Shown: piece by piece, positions 52,270-64,000 of the stretch
Numbering within the stretch: the first letter of the stretch is position 1
Layout: each line of letters opens with the position of its first letter
From: Eledone cirrhosa
Taxonomy: Eukaryota
Direction: 5' to 3'
DNA length: 64,000 bases
NCBI GenBank assembly: GCA_964016885.1
Contig: OZ024759.1
Location: 30,008,001 to 30,072,000, forward strand
Position numbers and translations under genes: made by a program
The notes under the pieces: model-generated
Told to the model about the DNA's origin: nothing
Seen by the model: the letters and a program-made list of their open reading frames with translations, nothing else
The model's database searches: none

Positions 52270-52544
52270 ACAGGGAGAAAAAGACGATTATTAGGAAGAA
52301 AAATATATTATATATATATACACTGTTATATTTATTACAAGCAAAACCCCGAAACCACATATTTCTGTAACGAAAGCTTTAATTACGTGAACTTAAAAGT
52401 TTTCCAATGTGAATTGTGTGTATCACAATTTAAACACCTGGCAGACATAACTCTGGGAACGTATTTAATGCCCCCTTTGCGATATTTATAACCCAGAAAA
52501 CCAATTTCACTCTACATATAAATAACTGCTAAGATTAAAGGTGC

Positions 52545-53060
52545 GATATATTGTCAAGGAACTACCAACTACAAACAAGAGCATGCCGTACATAGGTTCT
52601 ACGAAAACATTCCACTACAGAAACATTACCAGTCTGAGAAAGGGAACACTTTGAAGCTGGTCTTTAAAAATCTACCAACATTAGAGATGCGATCTATTGT
52701 CAAATATCTACTAACTATAGACAAGATCTTACCGTATGTGGAGGACTACGAAATGATTCAAAAATATAAAAGCTACCAATCTGACAGAGAGAATATCTTG
52801 AAGCTGGTCTTTAAAAATCTACCAACATTAGAAAAGTTTTATATCGTTAAAGATCTACCAACTACAACCAAGACCATACCATACATGGGTTCTACGAAAA
52901 TATTCCACCACAGAAACATTACTAGTCTGAGAGGGTCTGGAACATTTTGAAGCTGGTCTTTAAAAATCTACCTACATTAGAGAAGCCTTATAGTGTCAAA
53001 GATCTATCTAAATTATAAACAAGATCTTACTGTACATGAAGGTTACAAAATATTCAGCAT
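52545..53060. repeat. Diverged ~148-bp tandem repeat, alternating A/B units
   Basis: GAAGCTGGTCTTTAAAAATCTACC at ~52653, 52800 and 52949; alternate units are more alike than adjacent ones. Confidence 0.85.
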
Positions 53061-53199
53061 AAGAAATTCTTTAACAGCTGCTTTATAGCTGTACTGGTCG
53101 TTTAACTACTTTTGGTGTTTAATATTTTGCAAATTTTGCATTCATTTTTCCTGCTTTTGCTTTTCTTTTCTCATCTCACTCTCGTTGTTTCCTCTTCTT

Positions 53200-53400
53200 C
53201 TGATTCTCTCTATCTCTCTCTCACTGTTTCTCTCTCTCTCACACTATTTCTCGCTGTTTCTTCTTCTTCTTCTTCTTCTCTCTCTATCTCTTTCTCACTG
53301 TTTCTCTCTCTCTCTCTCACTATTCCCCCAAGTCTCTCTCTCCCTCTCGCTCTCTCTCTTTGTCTGTCTTTTTCATTGTTTCTCTCTCTCTGTCGCTAAC

Positions 53401-53438
<38 letters not shown>

Positions 53439-53602
53439 TCTCTCTCTGTCTCTCTTTCTCACCGTTTCTCTCTCTCTGTCTCTAACTCTTTCTTTTTCTC
53501 TCTCATTGTTTCTCCCTCTCTCACTGTTTCCTTCCCCATCTCTCTCTATCCTACTGTATCTCTCTCTCTCTGTCCCTCCCCCTCACTGTTTCTCTCTCTC
53601 TC
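53200..53602. repeat. (CT)n degenerate microsatellite
   Basis: Direct reading. Confidence 0.9.
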
Positions 53603-53771
53603 TTGTTTTTGTGTTTTTTTTTTTACAAGTAGTATTCACCATCTCTTCTAGTCTGTCATGACTTACCAGCTCTACACGACTCTATAAACTGATTGTTGAA
53701 TGAATACATAAATACAATACAAAACACAACACGTAGTTTACACAATCACATACTTCCACAATACACAGGCA

Positions 53772-53833
<62 letters not shown>

Positions 53834-54109
53834 CACAGAGCTTCACAGACACACAGTCACACACACACACATAGACACAGAGCTTCACAGACACACAGTC
53901 ACACACACACACAGACACAGAGCTTCACAGACACACACAGTCACACACACGCACATATAGACACAGCGCCTCACAGACACATACATACATACACACACAT
54001 ATTCACCCAGACAGATAAGTCTAAATCCCCCAGCAGTGATAAAGAAAGGGGAGTTCTGCCGTAGGCCGCTGTACAAACTCACATTAAACTTTTAAAAAAA
54101 CATGATCTC

Positions 54110-55025
54110 ACCACTGCCACCACCACCACCACCTCCACCAATAACAACACCACCTCCATCCACAAAATCACTACTACTACCACCACCACCACCATTAACA
54201 CACACAACACCACCACCACCACAAATAACAACACCACCAACACCACCACAACTAACAACACCACCACTAATATCAACCACACCACCACCACCACTATCAT
54301 TAACACACACACAACAACAACACCACCACCACTACTAACACACGCAACAACACCACCACCACAAATAACACCACTAACACACACACAACACCACCACCAC
54401 CACTAATATCAACAACATCACCACTAACACACACACAACACCACCACCACCACAAATAACACCACTAACACACACACAACACCACCACCAATATCAACAA
54501 CACCACCACTAATACACACACAACACCACCACCACCACAAATAACACCACTAACACACACAACACCACCACCACCACCACTAATATCAACAGCACCACCA
54601 CTAACACACACAACACCACCACCACCACCACAAATAACACCACTAACACACACAACACCACCACCACCACTAATATCAACAGCACCACCACTAACACACA
54701 CAACACCACCACCACCACAAATATCAATACCACGACCACTAACACACAGAACACCACCACCACCACCACAAATAACACCACTAACACCCACACAACACCA
54801 CCACTAACACACACACAACACCACCACTAACACCCACACAACACCACCACTAACACACACACAACACCACCACTAACACCCACACAACACCCACACAACA
54901 CCACCACTAACACCCACACACCACCACCACTAACACACACAACACCACCACCACCACCACACAACACCACCACCACCACCACACAACACCACCACCACCA
55001 CCACACAACACCACCACCACCACTA
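54110..55025. repeat. (CAC/CA)n complex satellite
   Basis: Direct reading. Confidence 0.95.
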
Positions 55026-55129
55026 CATATACTGGATATCTTGTGTTTCAGCCTAAGCTCGTCTTTATGTTTGGGTTTGTATCTCAATAATTTCCGTTTG
55101 CTATCTCTTGTATTTTATAATTATCATTG

Positions 55130-55214
55130 TATACACATATATATACACTTACATATGTGTGTATGTATATATATATGTATATATATATGTATATATATAT
55201 GTATATATACACAC

Positions 55215-55253
<39 letters not shown>

Positions 55254-55269
55254 CACATATATATGTATG

Positions 55270-55303
<34 letters not shown>

Positions 55304-55305
55304 TA

Positions 55306-55359
<54 letters not shown>

Positions 55360-55407
55360 TATGTATGTATATATATATATATATACATATACACACACAT
55401 ATATATG

Positions 55408-55449
<42 letters not shown>

Positions 55450-55532
55450 TATGTATGTATATATATATATATTTATATATATATATATACGTGTACATAT
55501 GGACATATATATGTATATAAACATATATATAT

Positions 55533-55617
<85 letters not shown>

Positions 55618-55741
55618 TATATATATGCATGTACATATGTACATATATATATGTATATAAACATATACACATATATATACATGTACATGCATATATATAC
55701 ACATATATATATACACATATGTATGTTTATATATATATCTA

Positions 55742-55816
<75 letters not shown>

Positions 55817-55856
55817 TTGAGTGAGTGTGTGTGTATATATATGTGTGTGTGTGTGC
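55130..55856. repeat. (TA)n/(CA)n/(TG)n compound microsatellite
   Basis: Direct reading. Confidence 0.95.
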
Positions 55857-55966
55857 ATTTCCTTTCTTAATACCGAAGAAAACTTCCATCTTGTTCGTTA
55901 TATCCGTTTGTGTCACGATAATATATGACTGAAAGCATCAAACACACTGTGCTGCAGGTTAACAGC

Positions 55967-56012
<46 letters not shown>

Positions 56013-56187
56013 GCAATGATGAGGATGATGATGATGATGTCTAATTTAACGTGATATCATAGAGCAATGTTCCCTCACTGGCAGTATTGGGTTCATGAAA
56101 GACGTGTTCTTAACTCAGTGTAAATAAAATGGTTAGATTACTTGAGTACGAGAGAACATTTCTCTGTTTATTTAACATTATAAGAAG

Positions 56188-56440
56188 CGATAAAATAAAG
56201 TACCAGTAATGCACTTGGTAATTGCTGGCCTTGTGCCAAAAGTAGAAACAATTATAAGAAGTGATTTGGCAGTACCGGTAGAGGGTTGGACGCCATGCTT
56301 TCTAGCATAGTTACGTCCCTTTACGGTCTGAGTTCAAATCCCGCCGAGGTTAACTTTGCCTTTCATCCTTACGGGGTCGATAAAGTACCAGTAATCTACT
56401 GGGTAATTACTCGCCTTGTGCCAAAAGTAGAAACAATTAT
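56188..56440 (+). mobile_element. SINE family A: 3' fragment plus full copy
   Basis: Matches 63809-64000. Confidence 0.9.
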
Positions 56441-57012
56441 ATATATATAATATATATATTAATTGGCCGAACAAGAAGAAGAAGACGACGACGACGACGA
56501 CGGTTCCATATACGCCACGATAGTATTGGCGGGGGTTTTATTTCGATATTTACATATTTAAATGTAATGGTGAATATTTTATTTCTGAAACCATAACATT
56601 AATTTTTCCAAAATATTATCTTCTCATTTGAGTCTAAAATCCTACCTTTACATTCCTTCATGATCGATTTTATCGAAATTCTTTTTTTTTTGTGTGTGTG
56701 TGTATTTTATACTACAGAGTTTACGTGTAATAAATCTTGTATATTGCTACGAAATATGCATACAATCATTTTAATATATATTGTTCATAAAAATGTATAT
56801 ACATGTATATTTTTGCTTGTATATATTGTATTTTTGCGTGTTAAGAGAAAACTTTCCGAATCTATAAATTTTCTATTCGACGTATAACTGTTCTTATATT
56901 ATATACTGGATTAATAAAAGTGAAGAGCCTCGACAAATAAAATTTCTTCAGCTCATTTGTAGAAGTCTTTTCTTTTATAATGATTCTTTTGTAGCTTATT
57001 ATAGGTTTATCA

Positions 57013-57335
57013 AGGCACGTGACTTTGTGGTTACGGCATTCGGTTAACAATCTTAAGGTCGTGAGTTCGATTCCTGGCGGCGCGTTGTGTCCTTCAGCAA
57101 GACACTTTATTTCACGTCGCTCCTGTCCACTCAGGTGGCAAAAATGAGTTGTATCTGTAATTCGAAAGGCCAGCCTTGTCATGTTCGGTGTCACGCTGAA
57201 TCTCCCTGAGAACTACGTTAATGGTACGCGTGTCTGTGGAATGCTCAGCCACTTCCACGTTAATTTCAGGGGCAGGATGTTCCGTTGATCGGATCAACTG
57301 GAACACTCGTCGTCGTAACCGACGGAATGCCAGTT
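57013..57335 (+). mobile_element. tRNA-derived CORE-type SINE with alternative long tail
   Basis: B-box GAGTTCGATTCC, CORE TGTGTCCTTCAGCAAGACACTT, tail ...GTCGTAACCGACGGAATGCCA. Confidence 0.85.
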
Positions 57336-57349
57336 ATCAAAGTTATCAA

Positions 57350-57640
57350 GGTGGCGAATTAACAAAGTCGTAAGAACATCGAATAGAATGCTTTCTGGTG
57401 TTAGTTTCGGCTCTCTGGCCTTTGAGTTCAAATCCCACCGACGTCAACTTTGCCTTTTGTCCATCTGAGGGTTATGGTGGCGAATTGGTAGAGTCGTTAA
57501 AACGTTAGGTAGAATGCTTTGTGGTATTCGTTTCGCTTCTCTTCACTGTCAGTTCAAATGCCGCCGAGGTCAAATTTGCCTTTCATCAATTTGAGGTCGA
57601 CAAAAAAAAAAAAAAAAAATTAACAGTCATTACTGGGGTT
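57350..57640 (+). mobile_element. Two decayed SINE family A copies
   Basis: GGTGGCGAATT heads; GTTCAAAT..C.CCGA.GTCAA.TTTGCCTTT. Confidence 0.8.
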
Positions 57641-58020
57641 GGTTCGTCCTCTATATCTCTTTCTAGCTTCCATTATCTCACTTTCTCTATCCTACTCTGG
57701 AAGAAATCTATTGTATTCACACCTGGAGAGGAAGTGAGCTCCGCCATGATTGAAAATGACCTAAGAAACCAGCATATATCAATACGTTGTTCTTACGAAT
57801 CTCTCGGGAAGTACGGAAAAAAGAGAGGAAGGTGAAGATATGTTTATCACACGTAGAACAACATTCACTAATGTCTCTAATATACTCCGATAACCAACAT
57901 GCTTGCCAACAAAGATCATGTGATGGAGAAGAGATCTCGTTTAGTCTTCGTCATCTCTACTGTCTTTTTCAATGACCCTGCTGTCCTTTCCAATGACACT
58001 TCTATCTTTCTTAATGACCA

Positions 58021-58213
58021 TTCTTCTTCTTCAGCGCCCACTTATTCCTAAGAGGGTCGGGGGAGGAGGCAGAGTCCTCAAACACTCCTTCCAGCGAGAC
58101 CAGCCAGGCTCATGGATGTTGTCCTATCACCTTGCTCGGGGTCTACCCCTGTGTCTCTTGCGGTTGGTTTTTGCCCGTAAAAATCTGTCCAGCTAGCGAT
58201 TCTTTCCTGAGAA
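58021..58213 (-). mobile_element. Expander/Rex3-like RTE 3' fragment
   Basis: Homologous to 4030-4235 and 5530-5725; (GAA)n tail on the minus strand. Confidence 0.75.
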
Positions 58214-59211
58214 CCTACTGCTGCCTAAATATTTTGAGCAATAATTCCTCGTCAAATTTCAGAACGTCTGGACAATGGATAAACTTAACTGTCGAAATTA
58301 TTTTTTCCTGATGTCGGCCTAAAGAAATGGGATTGTTATTGTTGTTTACACAATGTGTCATGTCAAGTTCATTAGACTGAGATAACATTGAATCGCAATG
58401 GGAACATTTAGCGGAAACCGAAACACAATCTGTAATGAATCTTAGTGCAAGAAACAAAAGTGTAAAAATTATGGGAAATCTCACAACTAATTAAGAGTAT
58501 ATCTAATATGAACATTGGAAGATGTAATCACACTAGAAACTCGGTCACGATAAAAATGAAAAAAATACAAACCTTTGAAGAGAGATAAGATTATTACAAA
58601 TTACAAATAGATCAGAAAACATCCGGGTATTATTTAATACGAGGATTTTTTTCAACTCGCTGACATGTATGCGTATACATGTGTGTGTATATGTGTGTGT
58701 ATATATGCATACATTTATATGTATGCATATATAAATATAAACGTGGAAACGCAGAAACACTTACAAAAATACACACTCACAGACATACATTCACACACAC
58801 ACACATACATTCACACAAACACACACACGGATACATTCACAGACACACACGTACATATATTCACACAAACATTCACACAAACACAAACACATATATTCAC
58901 AGACACACACACATACATTAACACACATCGTAGCAAATAAAACGCCAGTCGCTGTTTTGCTATAGTTTTTTTCACCATCTCCTTCCTTCCTTTTACACAC
59001 ATACATTCACACACACATTGTTTGATGAACCGAAGTCGCTCAAATTAATATATATAGATAACAATAACGTTTTTATCAGACAAACTAATTGTTCATTAGA
59101 TATAATTATTATAATTAGGCCACAAATAAAATATATACGTAGATATAAACGCATCTAAGAGTAATTAACATACGTCAGAGCTTCTGTTGTAATTAATAGC
59201 AGTTGAAGCTG

Positions 59212-59748
59212 ACTGTGCTGAGCCGAGTCGACTGTGTTCAGCTGAGTCGACTGTGCTGAGTCAAATCGTGTCGACAGTGCTGAGTTGAGTTGACCGTGCT
59301 GATCTGAGTTGAGTAGACCGTGCTGAACTGAATTGATGGTGTTGAGCTGAGATGAACGTGCTGAGTTGACCATGCTGAGCCGAGTTTACCGTGCTGATCT
59401 GAGTTGAGTAGACCGTGCTGAATTGAATTGATGGTGCTGAACCGAGTTTAACGTGCTGAGGTGAGTACACCGTTCTGATCTGAGTTGAGTAGACCATGCT
59501 GAATTGAATTGATAGTGCTGAGCCGAGTTGAACTAGCTGAGCTGAGTTGACCATGCTGAGCCTAATTGACCGTGCTGAACCAAGTTCACCTTGCTGACCT
59601 GAGTTGAGTAGACAGTGCTGAACTGAATTGATGGTGCTGAGCCGAGTTGAACGTGCTGAGCTGAGTTGACCATGCTGAGCCGAATTGACTGTGCTAAGCC
59701 GAGTTGACCGTACTGAACTGAGTTGAGTTGACCATGCCGAGCCGAATT
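59212..59748. repeat. Degenerate GC-balanced minisatellite (GTGCTGAGYYGAGTTGACC-like)
   Basis: Recurrent 19-24 bp units built from GAGYT/GACCR pentamers. Confidence 0.9.
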
Positions 59749-59777
59749 AAGACGATTAAAGAAGCTACTTCTTGAAA

Positions 59778-59842
59778 TGGAAGGTAAGACTTGGTATAAC
59801 AAGCTTGGATTCCAAACTTGTTATACCAAGTCTTACCTTCCA
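59778..59842. repeat. Near-perfect 32-bp hairpin
   Basis: TGGAAGGTAAGACTTGGTATAACAAG-CTTGGA-T-TCCAAA-CTTGTTATACCAAGTCTTACCTTCCA. Confidence 0.9.
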
Positions 59843-60152
59843 AGTTGGAAGAAACATTACTTCCTTTCTCGTTTATTATTATTCCATTTTAGCTTCTCAG
59901 TCTCTCTTTAACCTCTTCACGTTCTTTCGTCATTTATTGTTCTCTTTAGTAGAGTGTTGGAGACACTGATTTGCGCTATAGAGTTACGGCCTTTTACATT
60001 CTAAGTTCAACAAATGTAGGAATTTGTATAACGTGCGCGTGTGAGTCTGTGTGTAAGGGTAAAAATAGAAATTGTTTGCTTAAACAATTAATCTCTGATA
60101 ATAGTATATACACACATATACATACGTACACACTCTCACACACACACTCACA

Positions 60153-60185
<33 letters not shown>

Positions 60186-60197
60186 TATATATATATA

Positions 60198-60291
<94 letters not shown>

Positions 60292-60296
<5 letters not shown>

Positions 60297-60484
60297 AAAA
60301 TGTTTAACCCCGACCGCAGAGCTCAATCCGTTTCGACGGCTATTTCTGGACCCAGAAATACCCGTCGAAACGGCTTGAGCTCTGACGTCCGAGTCATACA
60401 TTTTCCTATTACCCACTCTACTACCCTAAGTATTGAGTACTCTGGTGCGTTATGGTCCATCTGGTTTCTTACCACAACTCCTTA

Positions 60485-60488
<4 letters not shown>
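60292..60488 (+). mobile_element. Hairpin element (fold-back family C)
   Basis: Inverted repeat centred on TATTTCTGG-AC-CCAGAAATA; tail near-identical to 26355-26425; TA flanks. Confidence 0.8.
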
Positions 60489-60524
<36 letters not shown>

Positions 60525-61033
60525 TAATTCTCTTTAAATTTCAATGTTATCTCCGTAATTATGCGTGTTACAAATTATCACCTGCCAATGTTTCATATGT
60601 TTATTATATATATATGTAAATTGACTTTTAATTCAATTTTAATAAATTCTCTCATTTATTCCTTAGAATCTTTGAGCTTCTTCTACAGGTGGTATGGCGT
60701 ATGTTTCTGATATTCTCAGACATGACATCTTTTGTTAGTATATACACATACATACACACACATATATACATATATATATATATATATGCACACACACACA
60801 CATATATATTTGTGTGTGTGTACATATATATATACTATTATCACAGATTAATAATTTAAGCAAACAATGTATTTATGCATATATATATATATATATATGC
60901 ATATATATTTATGTATATATATATATATATAGAAAGATTTGAATGGATACAGTTTAGTTGAAAGGAATTTATTGACACGTGTTTCTATAACAGTTACATA
61001 ATATATATTTATATTACAACACAACGGAAAAAA

Positions 61034-61100
<67 letters not shown>

Positions 61101-61172
61101 GAAACTCACAGATACATGCGGATTCTTTCTCACGTCGTGTAGACGCGTTCTTGAGACTAGTAAAATGAGGTA

Positions 61173-61262
61173 TCCTCTTGATAAGTCGGCAGACCTCGCA
61201 AGGACTCTATATCTTTATGATATATTGTTTTTGTTTATGCCACGAAACTACGTAGTCGAGGA
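61173..61262 (+). ncRNA. Degenerate type I hammerhead, extended stem II
   Basis: TCCTC-TTGATAA (two transitions from CTGATGA)-GTCGGCA...TGCCAC-GAA-ACTACGTAGT-C-GAGGA; palindromic stem III, GUC triplet. Confidence 0.6.
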
Positions 61263-61328
61263 ATCTAGAGGTAGTTTAGGTATGATATATTTTATTACTA
61301 ATTATATCTAAATGTTTCTTCTCTCTTC

Positions 61329-61398
<70 letters not shown>

Positions 61399-61410
61399 TA
61401 TATATTTATG

Positions 61411-61449
<39 letters not shown>

Positions 61450-61874
61450 ATATATAAGCATATATATTTATGTATATATATATATATATATACACATAAA
61501 TACATATATACATATATACATACATATATGCATACACACACACAAACACATATATATATATATATATATACGTATGTATAATTCCTTCATTAAGTTTAAC
61601 AGGATAATTTTATTGAAGATGCCTAAGAAATGTTTACAATTGTGAAGTTGTTGAATCAAAACAAAACCGATAAAGAGAGAAACTATTGGTTTGTTTCTTC
61701 CTCAAATTTATTCCTAAAGAAAATATATTGTCGCTACTAGAAATTTATCTCTATTTGTTCAATAAAAATATAAGTAGCTAATAATAATATTGCAACACAC
61801 ACCTATGTATTCATATTTATGCATTTTCTTATACGTAAATCATTTTCCACACACCCATACGCCCACACATATGT

Positions 61875-61922
<48 letters not shown>

Positions 61923-61929
61923 CTCTCTC

Positions 61930-62006
<77 letters not shown>

Positions 62007-62128
62007 TATACACACATGCGTATGTATATATACATACGCACGTGTGTTCCCCCCTTTTTTCTCATTTCGTCCCTGTTCTTTCCTCTTTTAACTCGTTACC
62101 TTTCCATTTTACTTATTTCCTAACTCTA

Positions 62129-62164
62129 TTTTCTGATGAAGGAATAGTGCCCGAAACGTTAAAA
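62129..62164 (+). ncRNA. Minimal hammerhead motif lacking helix III (PLE type)
   Basis: TTTT-CTGATGA-AGG-aatagtg-CCC-GAAACGTT-AAAA; palindromic AACGTT. Confidence 0.6.
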
Positions 62165-62430
62165 CTTTTTTCCTCGCAATTCAAGCGTTAAACTAATATA
62201 TTTCTTAATGTACTTTCTCATTTGCTTTTCTATTTCTGTTTACTTTTCCGTTGCTCATTGCCTACCCAACAGATGAAAAGTCCCCACCGGGTGGCTATAT
62301 ATATATATATATATAATGTCAATCATTGTAAGTATGAATCTAACTGACATACAAAAACATATATATAGGAATAAGGTAAGCCCAAATCATAGTAGATTCA
62401 AATATCACAGAGAGAGAGAAAGAGAAATAG

Positions 62431-62502
<72 letters not shown>

Positions 62503-62675
62503 GAGGTGGAACAGAAATGAAACATGGATTACAGGTTAAAACATAGTCTAGAGAGATGAGAAACAAAACAAGGATGTAGTTTATGGAACACTCAAATGAT
62601 TTAGAAGTCGACCTTAAATAGGAGCAATAACATTAAAAAAGACATGAACGACACCACGACACTTTGTTTTGAAAA

Positions 62676-62977
62676 TTTTGAAAGTATGAATTTTCATAAG
62701 ATTTACGTAGTTGTCTCTGTGGCCTAGCGGTAGGTACTAGAGACAGTGGAGATCCTGACCTTGGGTTCAATCCTGGTCAAGAAGTACTTGTAACCATTTT
62801 TCAGTTTTTAGTTTACAACCTATAGAAAAAAACTAAAAAGTTTTACCGGGAACCCTACTCCCGACCAGGATCGAACTTCAGACCAGGATCACCATCGTCT
62901 ACGATTCCTCCAAATAGGCCACCGAGACAACTACAAAAGTATAATGAAAATTGATATTTATAAGGCTACTTTCAAAA
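62676..62977. mobile_element. Inverted-repeat element made of two convergent tRNA-like heads
   Basis: GTAGTTGTCTCTGTGGCCTAGCGG...GGTTCAATCCTGGTC on plus mirrored by GTAGTTGTCTCGGTGGCCTATTTGG...AGTTCGATCCTGGTC on minus. Confidence 0.7.
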
Positions 62978-63062
62978 TCAAAGTTAACAAGATGTGGTGT
63001 TGTTCATGGCTTTCCTAAAGCTATTAGTAATATTTAGGGTCGACTTCTGGTCATTATTGAAA

Positions 63063-63242
63063 TGGCAGTATCGGTAGAGGGTCGGACGCCATGCTTTCCA
63101 GCATAGATACGTCCCTTTACGATCTGAGTTCAAATCCCGCCGAGGTTGACTTTGCCTTTCATCCTTACGGGGTCTATAAAATAAAGTACCAGTAATGCAC
63201 TGGGTAATTGCTGGCCTTGTGCCTAAAGTAGAAACAATTATT
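63063..63242 (+). mobile_element. SINE family A copy
   Basis: Near-identical to 12652-12839. Confidence 0.9.
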
Positions 63243-63524
63243 GAAAGTCTCTGGATTTCGCAAAAATACATAATATCTTTTATTGGAGAAAGTAAGAAAA
63301 TTTGGTGGGGTTGCCAGTTTAGTCGCCGACGACTCGACCAAGCGACAGATTGTACTGGGTTACATGCTACCAGTAGTACACAAGAGTGACCTGACATGAA
63401 AAATCACCCCCCCACCAAATTGCTGGCTTTGTTCCTTAAATAGAACCTATTATCTTCTGTTATATGTTAATTGAAACATGTTATCTCATGTGATTGTTTC
63501 AGTTTTAATGTATTTATCTTATCG

Positions 63525-63800
63525 TTGTCATCATCGTCATCATCATCATCCTCATCATCATCATCATTACAGCTATTATCGTCGCCATGGCCATTACATT
63601 AGAATTGTCATCATTACCATCATTATCATCATCATCATCATCATCGCCATTATAATTGTCATCATCATTGTCATCATCACCATCGGCATCATGATTAAAT
63701 CGTCATTAGAGCCATTAAAATTGTAATCATCATCATCATCATAGTAATTGTCTTCATCCTTGTCATCGTTATTATCATCATCATCATCATCATCATCATA
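63525..63800. repeat. (CAT)n degenerate microsatellite
   Basis: Direct reading. Confidence 0.9.
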
Positions 63801-63808
63801 TATATATA

Positions 63809-64000
63809 GGGCGGTGAATTGGCAGTACCGGTAGAGGGTTGGACGCCATGCTTTCTAGCATAGTTACGTCCCTTTACGGTCTGAGTTTAAATCCCGTCGA
63901 GGTTAACTTTGCCTTTCATTCTTACGGGGATCGATAAAATAAAGTACCAGTAATGTACTGGTTAATTGCTGTCCTTGTGCCAAAAGTATAAACAATTATT
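63809..64000 (+). mobile_element. Full-length SINE family A copy
   Basis: tRNA-like head GGGCGGTGAATTGGCAGTACCGGTAGAG, B-box-like GAGTTTAAATCC, tail ...AAACAATTATT. Confidence 0.9.

Noticed and set aside
59212-59748. Resemblance to GAGCT-rich immunoglobulin switch repeats
   Set aside because: No GGGGT units or Ig context; superficial pentamer similarity

Overview
AT-rich, microsatellite-saturated eukaryotic intergenic or intronic DNA. The SINE families and repeat landscape look like a cephalopod (Octopus-type) genome; this is an inference, not verified. No host gene can be confidently called, and nearly all listed ORFs are translations of simple repeats. Well-supported content: (1) two tandem, nearly identical full-length RTE-clade LINEs (APE + RT + three C-terminal C2H2 fingers), the first with a premature stop and the second intact, both with a highly structured ~280-nt 5' leader; (2) many tRNA-derived SINEs of two families; (3) decayed Expander/Rex3-like RTE 3' ends, mariner/piggyBac/hAT-like MITE remnants and a Helitron end; (4) several minisatellites that visibly derive from transposon pieces. 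The most striking pattern is a dense set of short fold-back elements from about eight unrelated sequence families. They sit in (TA)n tracts and carry type I hammerhead ribozyme motifs, some with very long stem II. They invert at or near the ribozyme, and most share a GAGYRCTC palindrome in their tail. They are interpreted as non-autonomous Penelope-like pseudo-LTR elements. A decayed Penelope-like ORF end followed by a hammerhead-like motif at ~8.1-8.7 kb supports that link. All RNA structures were folded by eye.
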